From Candidatus Multivoradales bacterium (GTDB lineage Bacteria; Acidobacteriota; Thermoanaerobaculia; Multivoradales; J023), in the NCBI GenBank assembly GCA_965248925.1, contig CBDFLE010000006.1:4768001-4832000 (forward strand): DNA of 64,000 bases, read 5' to 3'. Below the pieces are notes generated by a model, which worked only from the letters and a program-made list of their open reading frames with translations, was not told where the DNA came from and made no database searches. A program made the translations under genes and the position numbers. Of the stretch, positions 30,106 through 40,505 are shown piece after piece (the first letter of the stretch is position 1; every line of letters starts with the position of its first letter).

Positions 30106-31079
30106 GCAGCTCAGGGTCGTTGGCGGCCGCTTGGCGGGGTCGCCGGGTGATGGTGACCGGTGGGGCTGGTTTTATCGGCTCCCACTTGGTGGACGCCTTG
30201 GTCGCGGCGGGGGCCCTGGTAACCGTGCTCGATGACCTTTCCAACGGTCGGCGCGCCAATCTGAGTCGGGTGGCGGAGCAGATCTGCTTTCTCGAGGGCA
30301 GCTTGCTCGACCGGCAGCTGGTGCGGCAAGCGGTGGAGGGTGCCGAGTTGGTGCTACACCAGGCAGCGTTGGGTTCTGTACCCCGATCGATGCGCGATCC
30401 GGCGACCACGGTGGAGGTCAATGTTGCCGGCACGGCGATCGTCTTCGGGGCGGCGCGGGATGCCGGCGTTGGCCGGGTGGTCTACGCTTCGTCGTCGTCG
30501 GTCTATGGTGACAGCACGGAGATGCCGCGGCGTGAGGGAGTTGAAGGACGACCCCTGTCGCCCTATGCCCTGTCGAAGATGATGAATGAGCAGTTGGCCG
30601 AGGTCTTCGGAACTAGCTTTGGCATGCAGCTGATCGGCTTGCGCTATTTCAATATCTATGGTCCGCGGCAGAGTCCTGACGGCCCCTACGCGGCGGTGGT
30701 GCCGTTGTTTTTTGATGCTTATCGCCAAGGTACAGCGGCGATTATCCACGGCGACGGTGGGCAGAGCCGCGATTTCACCTGGGTGGGCGACGCCGTGCGG
30801 GCCAATCTGCTGGCGGCGGCGGCGCCGGCTGAGGCCTGCGGCCGGGCCTACAACGTGGGTGCCGGCATGGGGGTCTCGGTCAACCGTTTGGCGCGGCTGA
30901 TCCGTCAGTTGGTGGGAGCAGGTGTCGAGCCGACCCACGGGCCGCAGCGCGCTGGCGATGTGTACGACTCCCTGGCCGACTTGACGGCGATTGGCGAAGC
31001 TCTTGGCTACTGTCCAGGGGTATCCCTCGAGCAGGGGCTAGAACTCACCCACGCGGCGACAGATCAGCCGCTCCGCTGA
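30102..31079 (+). CDS. NAD-dependent nucleotide-sugar 4-epimerase, WbpP-like
   Basis: TGGAGFIGS, AALGSVPRS, YALSK, RYFNIYGPRQ. Confidence 0.92.
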   Translation: MSSSGSLAAAWRGRRVMVTGGAGFIGSHLVDALVAAGALVTVLDDLSNGRRANLSRVAEQICFLEGSLLDRQLVRQAVEGAELVLHQAALGSVPRSMRDPATTVEVNVAGTAIVFGAARDAGVGRVVYASSSSVYGDSTEMPRREGVEGRPLSPYALSKMMNEQLAEVFGTSFGMQLIGLRYFNIYGPRQSPDGPYAAVVPLFFDAYRQGTAAIIHGDGGQSRDFTWVGDAVRANLLAAAAPAEACGRAYNVGAGMGVSVNRLARLIRQLVGAGVEPTHGPQRAGDVYDSLADLTAIGEALGYCPGVSLEQGLELTHAATDQPLR

Positions 31080-32260
31080 TGCGCATCCTGTGGGTAGCCA
31101 CCAAGCCGCCTTGGCCACCGATCGATGGCGGTAGGTTGCTGGTTGACGGCACCCTGCGGGCCCTGGCCGCGGCCGGTGCGCGCCTGACTTTGGTGGTTCC
31201 TGATGGCGGTGTCGACCGGCCTGCGGTCGAGGCGGCTCTCGACGGCGTTTGCGAGCTTCATTGGGTGGCGGCACGGCGCCGATCGGTAGCAGCCGCGGTG
31301 TTTGCCGGGCTGAGTCAGCGCCTACCGCTGAGCGTGGCGCGGCATGCCTTGCCAGCAGTGCGGGCAGCGGTGGATCAGTTGTGCCGCGAACGTCGTTTCG
31401 AGGTGCTGCACGCGGAGCAGTTACAAGCTTTCTGGGCCACTTCCGGGACTGCCGGCAGCCTCTTGCCTCGGGTTCTGCGGGCGCAGAATGTGGAGAGTGA
31501 TCTGTGGCTTCAGGCAGCCAGCAGAAAGGCTCTGTTGGCACCGGTGATGGCTTGGGAAGGGCGCCGCCTGGCGGCTTGGGAAGGGGCCTCGGTGGCGGCC
31601 GCTGATCTGACCTTGGCGTTGACCGGGGAAGATTCTCAGCGCCTGGCCAAGCTGGCCGGAGGCGGCCGGCTGGAAGTGTTGGCGGCTCCCTTTGCCGAGC
31701 GGCTGCCAGCGGCTGAGCGGGTGCTGCCCGGCGCGCCGGCGATTGTCCTGTTGGGCAGTGCCGGCTGGTTGCCCAATCGGCTGGCCGGTGAGCATTTCGT
31801 GCGCACCGTTTGGCCGCGCTTGCGGCAGCGCCTGCCGCGGGCCGAGTTGCATGTTTTTGGCGACCTGCCGCTCGCCGGTGGTGCTCCGGCGCTGCATTTG
31901 CATCCACCGCTGGTGGATTCTCGGCAGGCGTTCGCGCCCGGATCGATCTTGGTGGTGCCGCTGCGCATCGCTTCCGGGGTGCGGATGAAGATTCTCGAAG
32001 CCTGGGCGCGGGGGGTTCCGGTGGTCGCTTCGCCAGCCGCTGCTCGCGGCTTGCGGGTCGAGGGGGGGCGAGAGCTGCTGCTGGCCGAGGCGACCGACGA
32101 CTACCTGTCGGCGATCGAGCGGCTTGCGGCGCAGGAGGATCTACGGTCTGTGCTGGTGCGAGCCGGTCGCCAGCGGTTGCGGGCCGATCACCGGCCGGCG
32201 GACCTGGCGGCTCGGCAGCTGGAGCTTTATGAATCGCTGGCGGCTTCGAAGTCCAGCTGA
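31079..32260 (+). CDS. Glycosyltransferase family 4
   Basis: 'PWPPIDGG', 'GVRMKILEAWARGVPVV'. Confidence 0.85.
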   Translation: MRILWVATKPPWPPIDGGRLLVDGTLRALAAAGARLTLVVPDGGVDRPAVEAALDGVCELHWVAARRRSVAAAVFAGLSQRLPLSVARHALPAVRAAVDQLCRERRFEVLHAEQLQAFWATSGTAGSLLPRVLRAQNVESDLWLQAASRKALLAPVMAWEGRRLAAWEGASVAAADLTLALTGEDSQRLAKLAGGGRLEVLAAPFAERLPAAERVLPGAPAIVLLGSAGWLPNRLAGEHFVRTVWPRLRQRLPRAELHVFGDLPLAGGAPALHLHPPLVDSRQAFAPGSILVVPLRIASGVRMKILEAWARGVPVVASPAAARGLRVEGGRELLLAEATDDYLSAIERLAAQEDLRSVLVRAGRQRLRADHRPADLAARQLELYESLAASKSS

Positions 32261-33039
32261 GGGCTAGCGGCGGCCTCCTCCTCGGCAGCTATTTCTCGGG
32301 GCCGGTGCATGTGCTCGACATAGCGGCCGACAATCTCCTGGGGTTCTCCGTCATCGACCAGGGCTCCTTTTTCTAGCCACAAGCAGCGGGTCGAATAGTC
32401 GAGCAGCATTTCGGCATTGTGGGAGACCAAGACAATGGTGGTGCCCTGGTCACGGAAGCTGTCAATGCGCTCTTTACAGCGGTCGAGAAAACGCACATCC
32501 CCCACCGCCAATACCTCGTCGAGGATCAGCACGTCGGGAACCCAGGCGGTGGCGACCGCGAAGCCGAGCCGCGCCAGCATGCCGGAAGAATAGTTGCGCA
32601 CTGGCGAGTCGATGAATTGCGACAGGCCGCTGAAGTCGATAATCGCCTCCAGCCTTTCGCTGATCTGCTTCTTGCGTCGGCCGAGCAGCAGGGCATTGAG
32701 ATAGATGTTCTCGACCCCGGTGAGCTCATGATCAAAGCCAGTGCCGAGTTCCAAGATCGGCGACACCATGCCCCGCACCTGGCGTTTGCCGTGGGTAGGC
32801 GGCAGCACCCGAGCGATCACCTTCGCCAGGGTACTCTTGCCGGCCCCATTGGCTCCCAGGACGCCGATTGTTTCGCCCGGTTGCACCACCAGATCGATAT
32901 CGCGCAGAGCCCACAGTTGTTCGTAGGTCAGTGAGCCTTTGACGAAGTGGATGAAGTACTCCTTGAACGAGGAGACTTTCTGCTTCGCCAGGCGGTAGCA
33001 CAGCGAGACGTTTTCGAGTTGGATGGCGGGAGTGGACAT
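32227..33039 (-). CDS. Polysaccharide ABC exporter ATP-binding subunit (Wzt-like)
   Basis: GANGAGKST, YSSGMLARL, LDEVLAVGD. Confidence 0.92.
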   Translation of the reverse strand: MSTPAIQLENVSLCYRLAKQKVSSFKEYFIHFVKGSLTYEQLWALRDIDLVVQPGETIGVLGANGAGKSTLAKVIARVLPPTHGKRQVRGMVSPILELGTGFDHELTGVENIYLNALLLGRRKKQISERLEAIIDFSGLSQFIDSPVRNYSSGMLARLGFAVATAWVPDVLILDEVLAVGDVRFLDRCKERIDSFRDQGTTIVLVSHNAEMLLDYSTRCLWLEKGALVDDGEPQEIVGRYVEHMHRPREIAAEEEAAASPQLDFEAASDS

Positions 33040-33061
33040 CGGGGTGGTTGGGCGGCGACGC

Positions 33062-33859
33062 TCAGACGTAGAACGGAATCCGGTGACTGCTACGGTGAAA
33101 AACGACCGCGCCCAGCAGTAGGGCCACAATGGCCAGGCCGGTAGCAACGCTGAGATGGCTGATCGGCGGGATCTTGTTGAGGTAGATCGGGTCGCGAAAA
33201 ACCTCCAGGATCGAGCGGATCGGGTTGTAGTGCACCACCCAAAAGAACTTGCTGCCCGAGAGCATTTCTTCGGGATAGAAGACTGGGGTCAGATAGAAGG
33301 CCAGGGTCAGCCCGACCATCACCAATTCGATCACATCGCTGAAGAACACCGCCAAGGGCGACAGCAAGAGGCCCATGCCGAGGGTGAAGGTGGTGATGAT
33401 CAAGATCGACACCGGCAGGAAGAGCAGCGAGGGGCCCACCGGATGGCCGGTGAAAAGCAGGATGGCGGTCAGCGGCACCAGGGCGAAGATCAGGTTGATC
33501 ACCCCGGAAATCACCGCCGTCACCGGGAAGACGCCGGTGGGCACCGGCAGCTTCTGCAACAAGTAGGCGTTGCCCTTGAGGCTGTTCATCGAGGTGATGA
33601 TCGACTGCGAGAAGAAATTCCAGAACAGGATACCGGCCAGGGCGTAGACCGCGAAGTTGCGCACCACGGCACCATTGGGCATGCGCATTTGGAAGATGTG
33701 GGCAAAGACCATTTGCAGCACCAACAGCATCAGCAGCGGTTGCAGCATAGACCACAGGAAGCCGATCGCTGAGCGGCGATAGCGCACCCTCAGGTCGCGC
33801 AGCACCAGCTCGCCGATCAAGTCGCGGAATTGGTAGAGGTCTTGGACCAGGCTCAGCAT
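33062..33859 (-). CDS. Polysaccharide ABC exporter permease (Wzm-like)
   Basis: 'RDLRVRYRRSAIGFLWSMLQPL', 'YLTPVFYP', 'YNP'. Confidence 0.92.
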   Translation of the reverse strand: MLSLVQDLYQFRDLIGELVLRDLRVRYRRSAIGFLWSMLQPLLMLLVLQMVFAHIFQMRMPNGAVVRNFAVYALAGILFWNFFSQSIITSMNSLKGNAYLLQKLPVPTGVFPVTAVISGVINLIFALVPLTAILLFTGHPVGPSLLFLPVSILIITTFTLGMGLLLSPLAVFFSDVIELVMVGLTLAFYLTPVFYPEEMLSGSKFFWVVHYNPIRSILEVFRDPIYLNKIPPISHLSVATGLAIVALLLGAVVFHRSSHRIPFYV

Positions 33860-33976
33860 GGATTCCCAGGGTTCGGTGGCGCGCGGCGGTGCGCAGCGGT
33901 GCGCGGCGACGCGATTTTGTCACCGAAAGCGGGAGCGAGGCAAGGCGCCATGCGGAGTTGCGACGGCGGTCGGAGG

Positions 33977-34609
33977 TCAGAAGCGGAAGATCAAACCGCC
34001 TCGCAGCTCGCTTTGGGTCAGATAGTCGCTATCGTCGAAGCGGTAGCAATCATTGCGCTCACAGAAGACATCGTCGTCGCGGTCGATCAGGGTGGAGAAC
34101 ACTCGCCCCTCGAGGCGCAGGCCCAGGTGGTTGCTAATGAACATCTTGACCCCGCCACCGAGGCTGACCGAGAAGCGAGTCTCGTCAGAAAAACCGAGCA
34201 CGTCGGGCGAGAAACTGGTGGCGCCGAGGCTGCCGACCACAAACGGTTCGATATGGCCCGGTCGCCATTGATAGAGCAGGCCGATGTGGTAATAGTCGAC
34301 GTCGAGGTCGAGTATTTTGAAGCTGGAGCCGAGGGAGAAGCCGGGATCGACCAACTCGGTCGCCTGGCGACTGGCCATCAACTCGATCATCAGATTGGGC
34401 GAGACGTTGAAGCCCAGGATGAAGCCCAAAGCGTCAGATTCTTCGATCTCGGTGTCGTAGAACCCGGCTCCGGAAACGCGGTCGAACTCACCGTCCAGCC
34501 GATAGCCGACAAAAGGGGTGAACTCGAAATCGCTGGCGCTGGCGGCTGGCAGCCCGATACCGGTGACCAGCAAGGCCGACAGGCATGTCAGGATTATCTT
34601 ACGGTTCAA
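33977..34609 (-). CDS. Small outer-membrane beta-barrel protein
   Basis: Signal peptide, amphipathic strands, C-terminal 'GLIFRF'. Confidence 0.8.
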   Translation of the reverse strand: MNRKIILTCLSALLVTGIGLPAASASDFEFTPFVGYRLDGEFDRVSGAGFYDTEIEESDALGFILGFNVSPNLMIELMASRQATELVDPGFSLGSSFKILDLDVDYYHIGLLYQWRPGHIEPFVVGSLGATSFSPDVLGFSDETRFSVSLGGGVKMFISNHLGLRLEGRVFSTLIDRDDDVFCERNDCYRFDDSDYLTQSELRGGLIFRF

Positions 34610-34813
34610 GGGAACCTCCTAGATTCAGTGGTTGTCGATCGAATGCCCCTCGGTGGACTTTGGCGAACCTAGCCCGAACGGAGGGACTCCTCCTGGTGCG
34701 AGACTATGCTAGATACGTGCCGGCGAACGCTGTGGTGATTGGAACTGTGTTGGAGTTTAGTCGGCTACAATTGATCCGTCGCCATAGCCTATTCGCGAAT
34801 CATTGGAGAGCCC

Positions 34814-35734
34814 ATGTCCCAAGCTGTCGACTTAGCCGCCGCCCGGGCCTACCTTATGGCCTTGCAAGATCAAATTTGTAGCGCTCTCGAAGAACTCGAC
34901 GGGGGTGAGCGCTTCGCAGCTTTGGAGTTGCCCGGTGAGCGGGGTGGGGTGGCGCGGCCGCGAGTGTTGTCGGATGGTGAGGTGTTGGAGCGCGCGGCGG
35001 TGAACTTCTCTCACACCGCCGGTGCCGAACTACCCGCCGCGGCGACAGTGCGGAATCCGCAGCTGGCCGGGTGCGGCTTTGAAGCGGTGTCGACTTCCCT
35101 GATCGTTCATCCGCGCAATCCCTACGCTCCGACCTCGCATGCCAACCTGCGGCTATTTCGGGCTCAGCGCGATGGTGAGGATGTTGCTTGGTGGTTCGGC
35201 GGTGGCTTTGATCTAACCCCCTACTATGGCTTTGCCGAGGATGCGGAGCATTGGCACCGCACCGCCGAGGCCGCTTGCCGGCCTTTTGGCGAGCAGATCT
35301 ACAGCCGCTTCAAGAAAGACTGCGACGAGTATTTCTACTTGCCCCATCGGCAGGAGACTCGCGGTGTGGGCGGCTTGTTCTTTGACGATCTTGACGCGCC
35401 CGACTTTGCTAGCTGCTTCGCCTTGGTGCGGTCGATCGGCGATGCCTACTTGCCCGCCTACTTGCCGATCGTCGAGCGCCGTCAGGGGCAGCCGTGGGGC
35501 CAGCAGCAGCGCGATTTTCAGCTCTATCGTCGGGGGCGCTATGTGGAGTTCAACCTGATCTATGATCGCGGCACGCTCTTTGGCCTCCAGTCCGGCGGCC
35601 GGGTCGAGTCGATCTTGGCCTCTCTGCCGCCCCAGGTCAGTTGGCTCTACGATCCACAGTTTGAGCGAGGTAGCCCGGAGCAGCAGCTCGCTGAGCGCTT
35701 TCTGGTGCCTCGCGACTGGTTGCCTCCCAGCTAA
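34814..35734 (+). CDS. hemF: Oxygen-dependent coproporphyrinogen III oxidase
   Basis: [44 protein letters not shown]. Confidence 0.97.
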   Translation: MSQAVDLAAARAYLMALQDQICSALEELDGGERFAALELPGERGGVARPRVLSDGEVLERAAVNFSHTAGAELPAAATVRNPQLAGCGFEAVSTSLIVHPRNPYAPTSHANLRLFRAQRDGEDVAWWFGGGFDLTPYYGFAEDAEHWHRTAEAACRPFGEQIYSRFKKDCDEYFYLPHRQETRGVGGLFFDDLDAPDFASCFALVRSIGDAYLPAYLPIVERRQGQPWGQQQRDFQLYRRGRYVEFNLIYDRGTLFGLQSGGRVESILASLPPQVSWLYDPQFERGSPEQQLAERFLVPRDWLPPS

Positions 35735-35816
35735 GCGAAGCTGAATCAGCGAGGTGATCGGTGCAGCGGTGGCCAGCAGCATGGCCACTCCTTGATACAC
35801 TCCGCCGGCCCCTGAG

Positions 35817-37247
35817 TTGGCAGATCATCGCTGGCTCGGGTCAGGAATCTCCAGCGTGTTGTTCAAACCTCTCTCCAGCCGATCCGTTGTCCTCGTCCTG
35901 GCGTCGGTCGTTCTGCTGTGGGGTTGTGAGCAGCCATCGCCTACCCCCGAGCGGATCTTCGACCGCCCGCCGGTGATCCTGATCGACATCGACACCCTGC
36001 GTGCCGACCACCTCGGCTGCTATGGCTACGAGCGTGACACCAGCCCCAACATCGATCGCTTGGCGGAGCAGTCAGTGCGTTTCAACTGGACCTTCAGCCA
36101 GGCTCCTAACACGCCGCCGTCGCAGACTTCGATCCTCACCTCGCTCTATCCCACTGCCCACGGCCGTACAGGCGACAAAAAGCAGCTCGCGAGTGAAGTC
36201 ACCACCCTGGCCGAAGCGCTAGCGGCGGCCGGTTATGCCACCGCGGCGTTTGTCGATGGTGGCTTGATGGCGGCTGGCTTCGGTCTCGAACAGGGCTTTG
36301 AGATCTATGACGACGAGGCCGGTCATCTCAAGAAAATCGGCCCCAAGGTAGACGCTTGGCTGGCCGCTCGGACCGATCCGCGGCCCTTCTTTCTGCTGAT
36401 CCACACCTACGACGTGCATTCCCCCTACGAGCTGTCGCCCGAGCCTCATCGCTCGCGCTACCTGGAGGGGTTGGAGCCGCCTGCGGAATACTTCCGCCGC
36501 AACGTCTCGAAGGTGATGAAAGAGACCTGGGATCGGCGTTTCGAGACTCCGCCGCCGCAGCTCAGCGCGGTCGAGCTGGCCTGGGTCAAGGCGCTCTATG
36601 ATGGCGGTATCCGCCACGTCGACAGCTGGGTTGGAGAACTCGAAGCCGAGCTCCGCCGGCTGGGGTTGTGGGAGCCGTCGTTGGTGATCTTCATTTCTGA
36701 CCATGGTGACGAGCTGGGCGAGCATCAAGATCTATTCCATGAGCGGCTCTACGCGCCAGTGACCCGCATTCCGCTGCTGATCAAGTTTCCCCACCAACGG
36801 GGCGCCGCCGCGCCTCGCCATGGGGTGGTCGAGGCGCTGGCCGAGTCGATCGACTTGATGCCCACGGTGCTAGAGACCGTCGCCGTGGCCGTGCCTGGCG
36901 GTTTGCACGGTGAAAGTCTGCTGCCGGTGATCGATGGCGATGCCAGGGGCCGCCAAGTGGCGATCAGTGAATCCCCCTACCGTGGTCGTCGCATCGCATT
37001 GGCGACCGCTGATTTTCGCTTGCTCTACACGGTCCGGGATGACCGCACCGAACTCTACGATTACCGCCGCGACCCGCTCGAGTTGGTCGACCTCGCGGCC
37101 GATCATCCGAAGGTTGAGCGGCGACTGCGAAAAGGCGTGCGGCGCTGGAACCGTCATATCGAGCAGTACCGTCGCCAATCGACCGAGATCGACAACTTGA
37201 AAGCCGAGACCCTGGAGCAGCTGCGGGCTCTGGGCTATCTCGACTAG
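35817..37247 (+). CDS. Sulfatase/alkaline-phosphatase superfamily lipoprotein
   Basis: Lipobox LWGC; IDTLRADHL, TPPSQTSILT, SDHGDE, C-term LRALGYL. Confidence 0.85.
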   Translation: MADHRWLGSGISSVLFKPLSSRSVVLVLASVVLLWGCEQPSPTPERIFDRPPVILIDIDTLRADHLGCYGYERDTSPNIDRLAEQSVRFNWTFSQAPNTPPSQTSILTSLYPTAHGRTGDKKQLASEVTTLAEALAAAGYATAAFVDGGLMAAGFGLEQGFEIYDDEAGHLKKIGPKVDAWLAARTDPRPFFLLIHTYDVHSPYELSPEPHRSRYLEGLEPPAEYFRRNVSKVMKETWDRRFETPPPQLSAVELAWVKALYDGGIRHVDSWVGELEAELRRLGLWEPSLVIFISDHGDELGEHQDLFHERLYAPVTRIPLLIKFPHQRGAAAPRHGVVEALAESIDLMPTVLETVAVAVPGGLHGESLLPVIDGDARGRQVAISESPYRGRRIALATADFRLLYTVRDDRTELYDYRRDPLELVDLAADHPKVERRLRKGVRRWNRHIEQYRRQSTEIDNLKAETLEQLRALGYLD

Positions 37248-37254
37248 CCCCACG

Positions 37255-38709
37255 GTGGAACTAGACCCCTTGCCGAACACTAGTACCGCCCGGCGCTTCC
37301 TGCGCTCGACCGCCGCTGCTGCCCTATCCCAAGGCTGGCGGGTGGGGATGACCTTAGTCGCCATGATGGCCCTGCGCCGGCTGGTGGACAAAGATGACTG
37401 GGGGCTCTACACCTGGGCCTGGGTGCTCTTCCTGATCCTCGGTGCGGCCCGCGACCTGGGGCTGATTTACCATGTGCTGCGGATCGAGCCCCGACCCTAC
37501 GGCAACCTGCTGCGCTTGGAGTTGAGCTGGGGACCGCTGGTCACCCTGGCGGCCTTCTTCGGCGCCCCCTGGCTGGCCGGCTTGTCGGCCGAGCCGCACC
37601 CGCAGATCGTGCCAGTGCTGCGGGCGATGTCGTTGCTAGTGCTGGCCGAGGGTCTGGCGGCGGTGCCCAAGACCTGGTTCGAGGGTGAGTTGCAAGTGGG
37701 CCGCACGGTGTTGCCGGAGGTGCTACGCAACCTGGTCTTCGTGCTCCTCTCGGTGACCCTGGCGTGGCGGGGTTGGGGAGTGTGGAGCATGGTGCTGGGG
37801 CAGTTAGCCGGCACCTCTCTCTACGCCGTCTTGCTCTGGCGGCGCGCCTGGGGGCGCATTCCACTGGTGCATCTACCGGGCCAAACCTGGCCTCTGGTGC
37901 GAGCCAGCCTGCCCTTGGCGCTGATTTGGTTCCTGGCAATCCTGTCGCGCCACATCGACCCGTTGGTGCTTGGCCGGCGCTTTGACTTCTCAGTGATCGG
38001 TGAGTACACCTTCGCTTATGAGTGGGCCACCATGGTGGCGGTGCAGGTGCTGCTGCCAGCGGTTCTACGCACCCTCTATCCGGCCTTGCGTCTTTATGCC
38101 GAGCAGCCGCGGCAGATGTTCCACGCCTTCGCTCTGACCGTCAAGTTGATGTTGGCTTTGGAGGTCATCGCCGCCCTGGTGGTCTTTGTCAACGCCGAGC
38201 TAGTGGTGCTGGTGGTGGCCGGTCAACACTGGATGGAGCATGCGCCGGGGTGGTTGCGGATTCTCTGTCTGGCGCCGTTGGTCGATCCCTTCGGACGGCT
38301 GGGAGGCGAGTTGCTCAAGGCGATGCATTTAGATCGGCGGTGGATGGCGTCGGCGCTGCTCACCGTGCTCACCTTCGCGGTCGGCGGTTATTGGCTGACC
38401 GGCCAGGTCGGTGCGGTGGGGATGGCTTGGGTCAACTTACTGGCCCTCGGTGGCCTGCTGATGGGGTGGAATCTTTACCGGATATCCCCCATGGATATGC
38501 GCGCTTTGCTCGCCGATCTACCCTGGATCTATCTCCTACCGTTGCCTCCCTTCGTCGCCATCTGGTGGCTTGGCGAGATTCATCCCTGGCTCCGCCTCGG
38601 TCTCTCGGCGTTGGCCGCAGTATTTGGCCTGGGGGCTATTTGGTGGCGCTTCGGCGGTGAATTCAAAGCCTTCCTCCAGCACGGCCTCAGCGAGTCCCAA
38701 ACGTCCTGA
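37255..38709 (+). CDS. Oligosaccharide flippase (Wzx-like)
   Basis: About 12 TMs, 'GWGVWSMVLGQL'; lies among polysaccharide genes. Confidence 0.8.
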   Translation: MELDPLPNTSTARRFLRSTAAAALSQGWRVGMTLVAMMALRRLVDKDDWGLYTWAWVLFLILGAARDLGLIYHVLRIEPRPYGNLLRLELSWGPLVTLAAFFGAPWLAGLSAEPHPQIVPVLRAMSLLVLAEGLAAVPKTWFEGELQVGRTVLPEVLRNLVFVLLSVTLAWRGWGVWSMVLGQLAGTSLYAVLLWRRAWGRIPLVHLPGQTWPLVRASLPLALIWFLAILSRHIDPLVLGRRFDFSVIGEYTFAYEWATMVAVQVLLPAVLRTLYPALRLYAEQPRQMFHAFALTVKLMLALEVIAALVVFVNAELVVLVVAGQHWMEHAPGWLRILCLAPLVDPFGRLGGELLKAMHLDRRWMASALLTVLTFAVGGYWLTGQVGAVGMAWVNLLALGGLLMGWNLYRISPMDMRALLADLPWIYLLPLPPFVAIWWLGEIHPWLRLGLSALAAVFGLGAIWWRFGGEFKAFLQHGLSESQTS

Positions 38710-38736
38710 ATCACTTAGGCCTAAGATGCCTGGGCG

Positions 38737-40212
38737 TTAGGGCATGGCAGCCGACCAGGCCGTGGTGTCGCCCCCTTCAAAGCCATTGGCGAAGATCTCC
38801 GCATCGAGGCGCAGGCGCAGGTAGTAGACGTTTTCCTCGCCGGCAAAAGTGGCGGAGTAGGCAATGTGCGCGCCCAGCGAGTCGGAGATCATGTCGTAGT
38901 AATCGCCGATCTTCTGCTGCTGGGGAAATCCCAGATGTGGATCAAAGAGGGGTGATAGCGCCCGGTTGGTCGACCAAGTGAGGCCGCCATCGCTCGACGA
39001 AGCATAGTATAGCTCCGAGGCAAAGGCGCCGCCGGGGCCAAAATCAGCGGCGTTCCGGGTGTCATTCCAGATTGCATCCAGGCGGCCGTCGGGAGCCACC
39101 GCCAGAGTGCCAAACCACTGCCAGGCGTTGGTGGCGCCATCGTCATTAAGAGTAATCGGCGCGCTCCAGGTCAAGCCGCCGTCGCTGCTGCGGGCAAAGC
39201 GCACATCCAGCGGATCTGGCCCAGGGGGATCGACCGAGGCCAGCAGATAGACGTCACCGCGGCTGCGGCTGGGCAGTGGACTGGTGTCGACGGCGATCCA
39301 CACCTGGCCGAGCAAGCCGCCCGGATTTGGACCGCTCGAAACGATCAGAGCCCCTCCCAGATCCACCGTCGCCAGCTGCTCGAAGGCCAGCGTCGCGCCA
39401 TCGTCGGTGGCGTTGGTCGAGCGGCTGACGACGACCTCGGCGAACGTGGCGCCAGCACCCGCGACGTAGACCTCGCCATCGAGACCCACGGCGGTGACTC
39501 CGAACACTGGTTGACCAGGAATCTGGACCGGGTTTTCGAACGACAGAACAGCATCATTCGAGCGATTGGCGATGTCGTCGCCACAGCAGCCAAAAAACGG
39601 TGACCAAGCGGCATAGAAATTCCCCGCTCCGGCACTCACGCCGAGATCGATCTCCACCCACGCCTTATCGCCACCAAAGGCAAACACCGGCGCCTCCCAG
39701 CTGGTGCCGCCGTCGATCGAGCGAAAGCTATCGCACTGCAACCCGCCACCGGGAAGACTCAAGCTGTAGTAGTAAAAATTACCCAGCTGGTCAGCCACCA
39801 GCACCGGGTCCGAGCGGAAAGTGCCAGATTCGATCTCCCCCGCCGTCCAGCTGAACCCCCCGTCCGCCGAGGCAGCGAAACCCGCCTCGCGAAAATCGCT
39901 GAGAATGCTGTCGAACTGCCGCCAGCCGACCACAATCCGCTGCGGGTCGTTGGGATCCACCGCCAGCGAGGGTTCGTTAGCGGCATCGCCGAGAATGTCC
40001 TGGCCGCTGCCATCGACATTCACTTGCACACTGGTAAAGGGGCCCCGCACCACCTTCACCACCGGTGCGACCCGCCGCATCTTTGGCGGAATCGGCTGGT
40101 GAGGATCCCCCTGCACTTCCAAAGGCCCCAGATCGCGGGGACTGAGGGCGGAGTCTTGGGCGAAGGCGGGGGTAGAGACCAGGAGAGCCAGGACAATCGG
40201 CAGGATTCGCAT
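38737..40212 (-). CDS. Secreted Asp-box (BNR)/sialidase-fold protein with IFxxGFE C-terminal tail
   Basis: Signal peptide; Asp-boxes SADGGFSW, SIDGGTSW, SSDGGLTW (x2); 'IGDYY'; tail IFANGFEGGDTTAWS. Confidence 0.8.
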   Translation of the reverse strand: MRILPIVLALLVSTPAFAQDSALSPRDLGPLEVQGDPHQPIPPKMRRVAPVVKVVRGPFTSVQVNVDGSGQDILGDAANEPSLAVDPNDPQRIVVGWRQFDSILSDFREAGFAASADGGFSWTAGEIESGTFRSDPVLVADQLGNFYYYSLSLPGGGLQCDSFRSIDGGTSWEAPVFAFGGDKAWVEIDLGVSAGAGNFYAAWSPFFGCCGDDIANRSNDAVLSFENPVQIPGQPVFGVTAVGLDGEVYVAGAGATFAEVVVSRSTNATDDGATLAFEQLATVDLGGALIVSSGPNPGGLLGQVWIAVDTSPLPSRSRGDVYLLASVDPPGPDPLDVRFARSSDGGLTWSAPITLNDDGATNAWQWFGTLAVAPDGRLDAIWNDTRNAADFGPGGAFASELYYASSSDGGLTWSTNRALSPLFDPHLGFPQQQKIGDYYDMISDSLGAHIAYSATFAGEENVYYLRLRLDAEIFANGFEGGDTTAWSAAMP

Positions 40213-40505
40213 GCGGCGGAGGATATCGCGAATCTGAGATGAGTCCCGATATGCCGTGCGGGATCGTCAGCCGATTTTGCTGACTGCGAGCCGAGCACGC
40301 TGGCTGGTTGTCAAGATGACGGGGATTCCGCTACAGTAGGGTTTCCAACTATTTGGTTGAGAAGGAATGAACAGCGGCGCGGGGGGCCTCGGCCGGTTAA
40401 TCGGCGAGTCCTGAGCGCATTCGGGCGGCTTCTGCGCTGTAGAAAATGGACTGATGTATCTCTGGAGTGACAACTGCTAACTCGTCTACCTGGGGGAGAC
40501 GCCAA

